Source: Mustelus asterias
Lineage: Eukaryota
Direction: 5' to 3'
DNA: 64,000 nucleotides
NCBI RefSeq assembly: GCF_964213995.1
Contig: NC_135810.1
Span: 57,102,001-57,166,000 of the forward strand
The position numbers and the translations under genes were made by a program. Every line of letters begins with the position of its first letter. Position 1 is the stretch's first letter. Below the pieces are notes generated by a model, which was not told where the DNA came from, searched no databases, and saw only the letters and a program-made list of their open reading frames with translations. Positions 61,478 to 64,000 of this stretch are shown in pieces.

Positions 61478-62480
61478 GTTACGATCCCTGTATTTTAAAA
61501 ATTATATTCAAACTTACAGTGACTGACTTGAAAGGACAAGATTTCAAGTTTGAAGACTTTGACTGTAACACATGAATTAAAAACAACACCGACGAAACAT
61601 TATTTCAAGAGGCAACTTATACTTTAAACTTCAGAAAAAAACATTCCCTTTTTTTTAATACAACTGGAAAACCTACATTGTGATTGTACATTATGGGGAG
61701 GGAGAGATGCTGAAAATTCCTTCTCTGCTTCTTGACATGAAATGGTATTTGGTGCCTTTGATGTGCAACTGGGGGTGTATTAAGTTCTAAATGCAACTTG
61801 CATGTAATTCTTTTCAGTTTGCCGATAGCAGTGAAGTGGTTGGTATGCAATTCAGGAGTGCTGTTGACATGCATAGGAATCGCATGTGTGATTGCAATCG
61901 TGAGATCTGTTGTTGTGTGGAAGCTGATAAGTGCATGACATTCTCCAGATATGACATCGAATACAACCTCTGTTGTGTTGTCTTTAAATCAGATTAATGT
62001 TTCAAAAATCCTGATAACTTTCAGTTGTTTGTCAGTGTCGTCAGAGAAAGTTTTCCTGCTCCCTGGTTTTCAAAGGGGAAATCCTGAAGACTGTTGAACG
62101 TTTTGTCTCCCATGACTTTGACAGATGCTCCTGTATCTACGGGAATATCTACATCCGTGATCACCGTCACACCTGGGCTGGTTGCTGTTCTGAAAGAGAG
62201 GACAGAAGTATGTTCAGGGTCATCCACCTCCATTGTATACTGTGATACGCTTATGTGACACCTTTCTGTTAGCATTGGTCTATGTAGAAGTTGATTTTTG
62301 TGATGAGTGACAAATATGAATAAAATGCTTGGGTTTTCCTCAAACTTTACACTGTTTACAGTAGGAGGACACTGTCTGCAATGCGTGAGCACTGCCATAG
62401 AGGAAACATTGTTTGGACAAGGCAAAACTCTGCGTGATTGCTATTGGTGCTTTGCAAGTGGTTTCCTGGCATGTGAGTGA
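61478..62480 (-). mobile_element. Gypsy gag-pro-pol remnant of a different clade, joined to an LTR-like end
   Basis: Twin knuckle CFLYGSAH...CKQCKV*GK..HF..IC; VDTGASV protease; IGKLK...KLHL..PPVA..H.IPFH RT start; TGTTACGATCCC edge. Confidence 0.75.
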
Positions 62481-62504
62481 TGAATTGTGATTGCAGGAGT
62501 AAAC

Positions 62505-62675
62505 ACTAGCATTCAATCCCTCCACCACTGACACTCAGTAGCACAGTGTGTACCATCTATAAGGTGCCCTGCAGCAACTCACCAAGGTTCCTTAGGGCAG
62601 CACTTTCCAAAACCACAACCACTACCATCTAGAACGACAAGAGGTGCAGATGCCTGGGGACACCACCACCTAGAG
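62505..62675 (+). mobile_element. Old CR1-clade fragment
   Basis: cattcaatccctccaccactgac...gcagcaactcaccaagg, homologous to 26220-26370. Confidence 0.65.
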
Positions 62676-62850
62676 GTCTTCTTTAAACAGATCAGTGTGT
62701 CTGTGGTTAGCTGGTGAAGTTGTAGGTAGCTCTCACTCCAGTTTCTTATCATCGTGAAACTTTCCAGAGTAGTTGACTAGATAGACAACATTTGTTTATT
62801 TGTGGTTTGATTTCCCATTTGGAATGTTCAACATTACTGAAGTCACACAT

Positions 62851-62994
62851 GGGGCAGGATTTTCCACCCCCTCTGGCATTCTGTGGCAGTGGAAGGGGCT
62901 CGCCATTGGCCAAGGGCAGGAAATTCCAGTCCCACCGCTGTCAGCAGACTTTCCCATTGTTCACACTGGCAGAAACGGCCAGGAAATTCCATCC
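62851..62994. mobile_element. Harbinger-type MITE
   Basis: ggggcaggattttcc / ggaaattccatcc. Confidence 0.6.
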
Positions 62995-63314
62995 TTGGTT
63001 GTTACTGAGTTGCATGTAATATTGGTCAATTGTCTCAATTGTTCCTTGCTTAGTGCATTGGAAAACAATCATCTCATACATTTGATTTTTCTAGATAGTG
63101 GAAAAGGTTGTGCATTTTTGTTAAGTTTTAATATTTTTGATGAGGCATGAGTGTCTCAAAATTATCTTCTCATTCTTCACCTTCATAGTGAAGAAGTTTT
63201 GCCAATTTTGTCTTTCACCATCTGTAAAGTTAAAAGATGCCTCTCTGCTTTCAAAACATCACCGTCAGTTTTACCAACTTGGTGTTGGCTCTGAATGCAT
63301 ATCAAAATATGGAA

Positions 63315-63735
63315 TATATGTGTGTGTATGAGAGAAAGAATGTGTGTGTATTTTTCCTTGTGTGTGAGTTTGTGTTTGTTGTGTGAGATTGTGTGTGTGT
63401 GTGTGTGTGTGTTAGTGCCTGTATCTGTGTTTGTGTGTGAGAGTGTGCATGTGTATGTGCGAGTGTGAGACTGTGTGTGAGACTGTGTGTGAGACTGTGT
63501 GTGAGAGTACGTATGTATGTATATGTATGAGGATGTGTGTGGGAGTGCATGTATGTGTGAGTATGAGTGTGTGTGTATGAGTGTGTGTGTATGAGTGTGT
63601 GTGTATGAGTGAATGTGTGTTTGTGTAAAAGTGTGTGCATGTGTCAGTATGTGCATGAATGTGTGTGTGAGTGTAAGTGTGTGTACACTGTGCAAGCTTT
63701 GCTTAACTGTGCCTGAGTGCTTCTTGTGTGTGTCT
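63315..63735. repeat. Degenerate (TG)n microsatellite
   Basis: Direct reading; source of the His/Thr-rich ORFs. Confidence 0.95.
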
Positions 63736-64000
63736 AACAATGTATCCCTAAATCGCCAACTTAGAGTATTGTCAGCAGAAAATCGGCAAAATTCTCAGGT
63801 TTCATACCTGAAAACAAAGTTTCTTATTTTTCACCATTCTGTAACTGTTGTGAACTTCTTGGGTCTGAACTAGTTATGTATTCAGCCATTGACACAGAAT
63901 TAAAACTGCATGAGTTGTTAGACATGAATCCTTCCTAGCAGACTCCCTCTGCTGGTACATGTGTGCATTAACCTCAGTTGGACAAAATGCACAATGCAAT

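Noticed and set aside
63183-63740. His/Thr-rich ORFs
   Set aside because: Reverse translation of a (TG)n microsatellite

Overview
Eukaryotic, repeat-dense vertebrate DNA, almost certainly shark/ray (inferred from about ten HE1-type V-SINEs plus abundant CR1 LINEs, Penelope-like elements and PIF/Harbinger relics). No intact multi-exon host gene can be reconstructed; the best host signal is a plausible first coding exon at 27125-27264. Most long ORFs are CR1 ORF2 pieces or minisatellite artefacts. The main finding is a decayed minus-strand LTR retrotransposon (~8728-21737) with Gmr1/SCAN-type gag and protease but no RT or integrase. In their place it carries an intronless fragment that I recognise from memory as the N-terminal coiled coil of the nuclear-basket nucleoporin TPR; it only becomes readable after removing a nested CR1-in-CR1 insertion. 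Other points of interest are four Penelope pLTR minimal hammerhead ribozyme motifs with stem-I covariation, a CR1-tail-plus-flank copy bounded by direct repeats (possible 3' transduction), a 27-bp VNTR with patterned variants next to the candidate exon, and Harbinger elements with G-tract repeats. All family and homology calls are by eye and need database confirmation.
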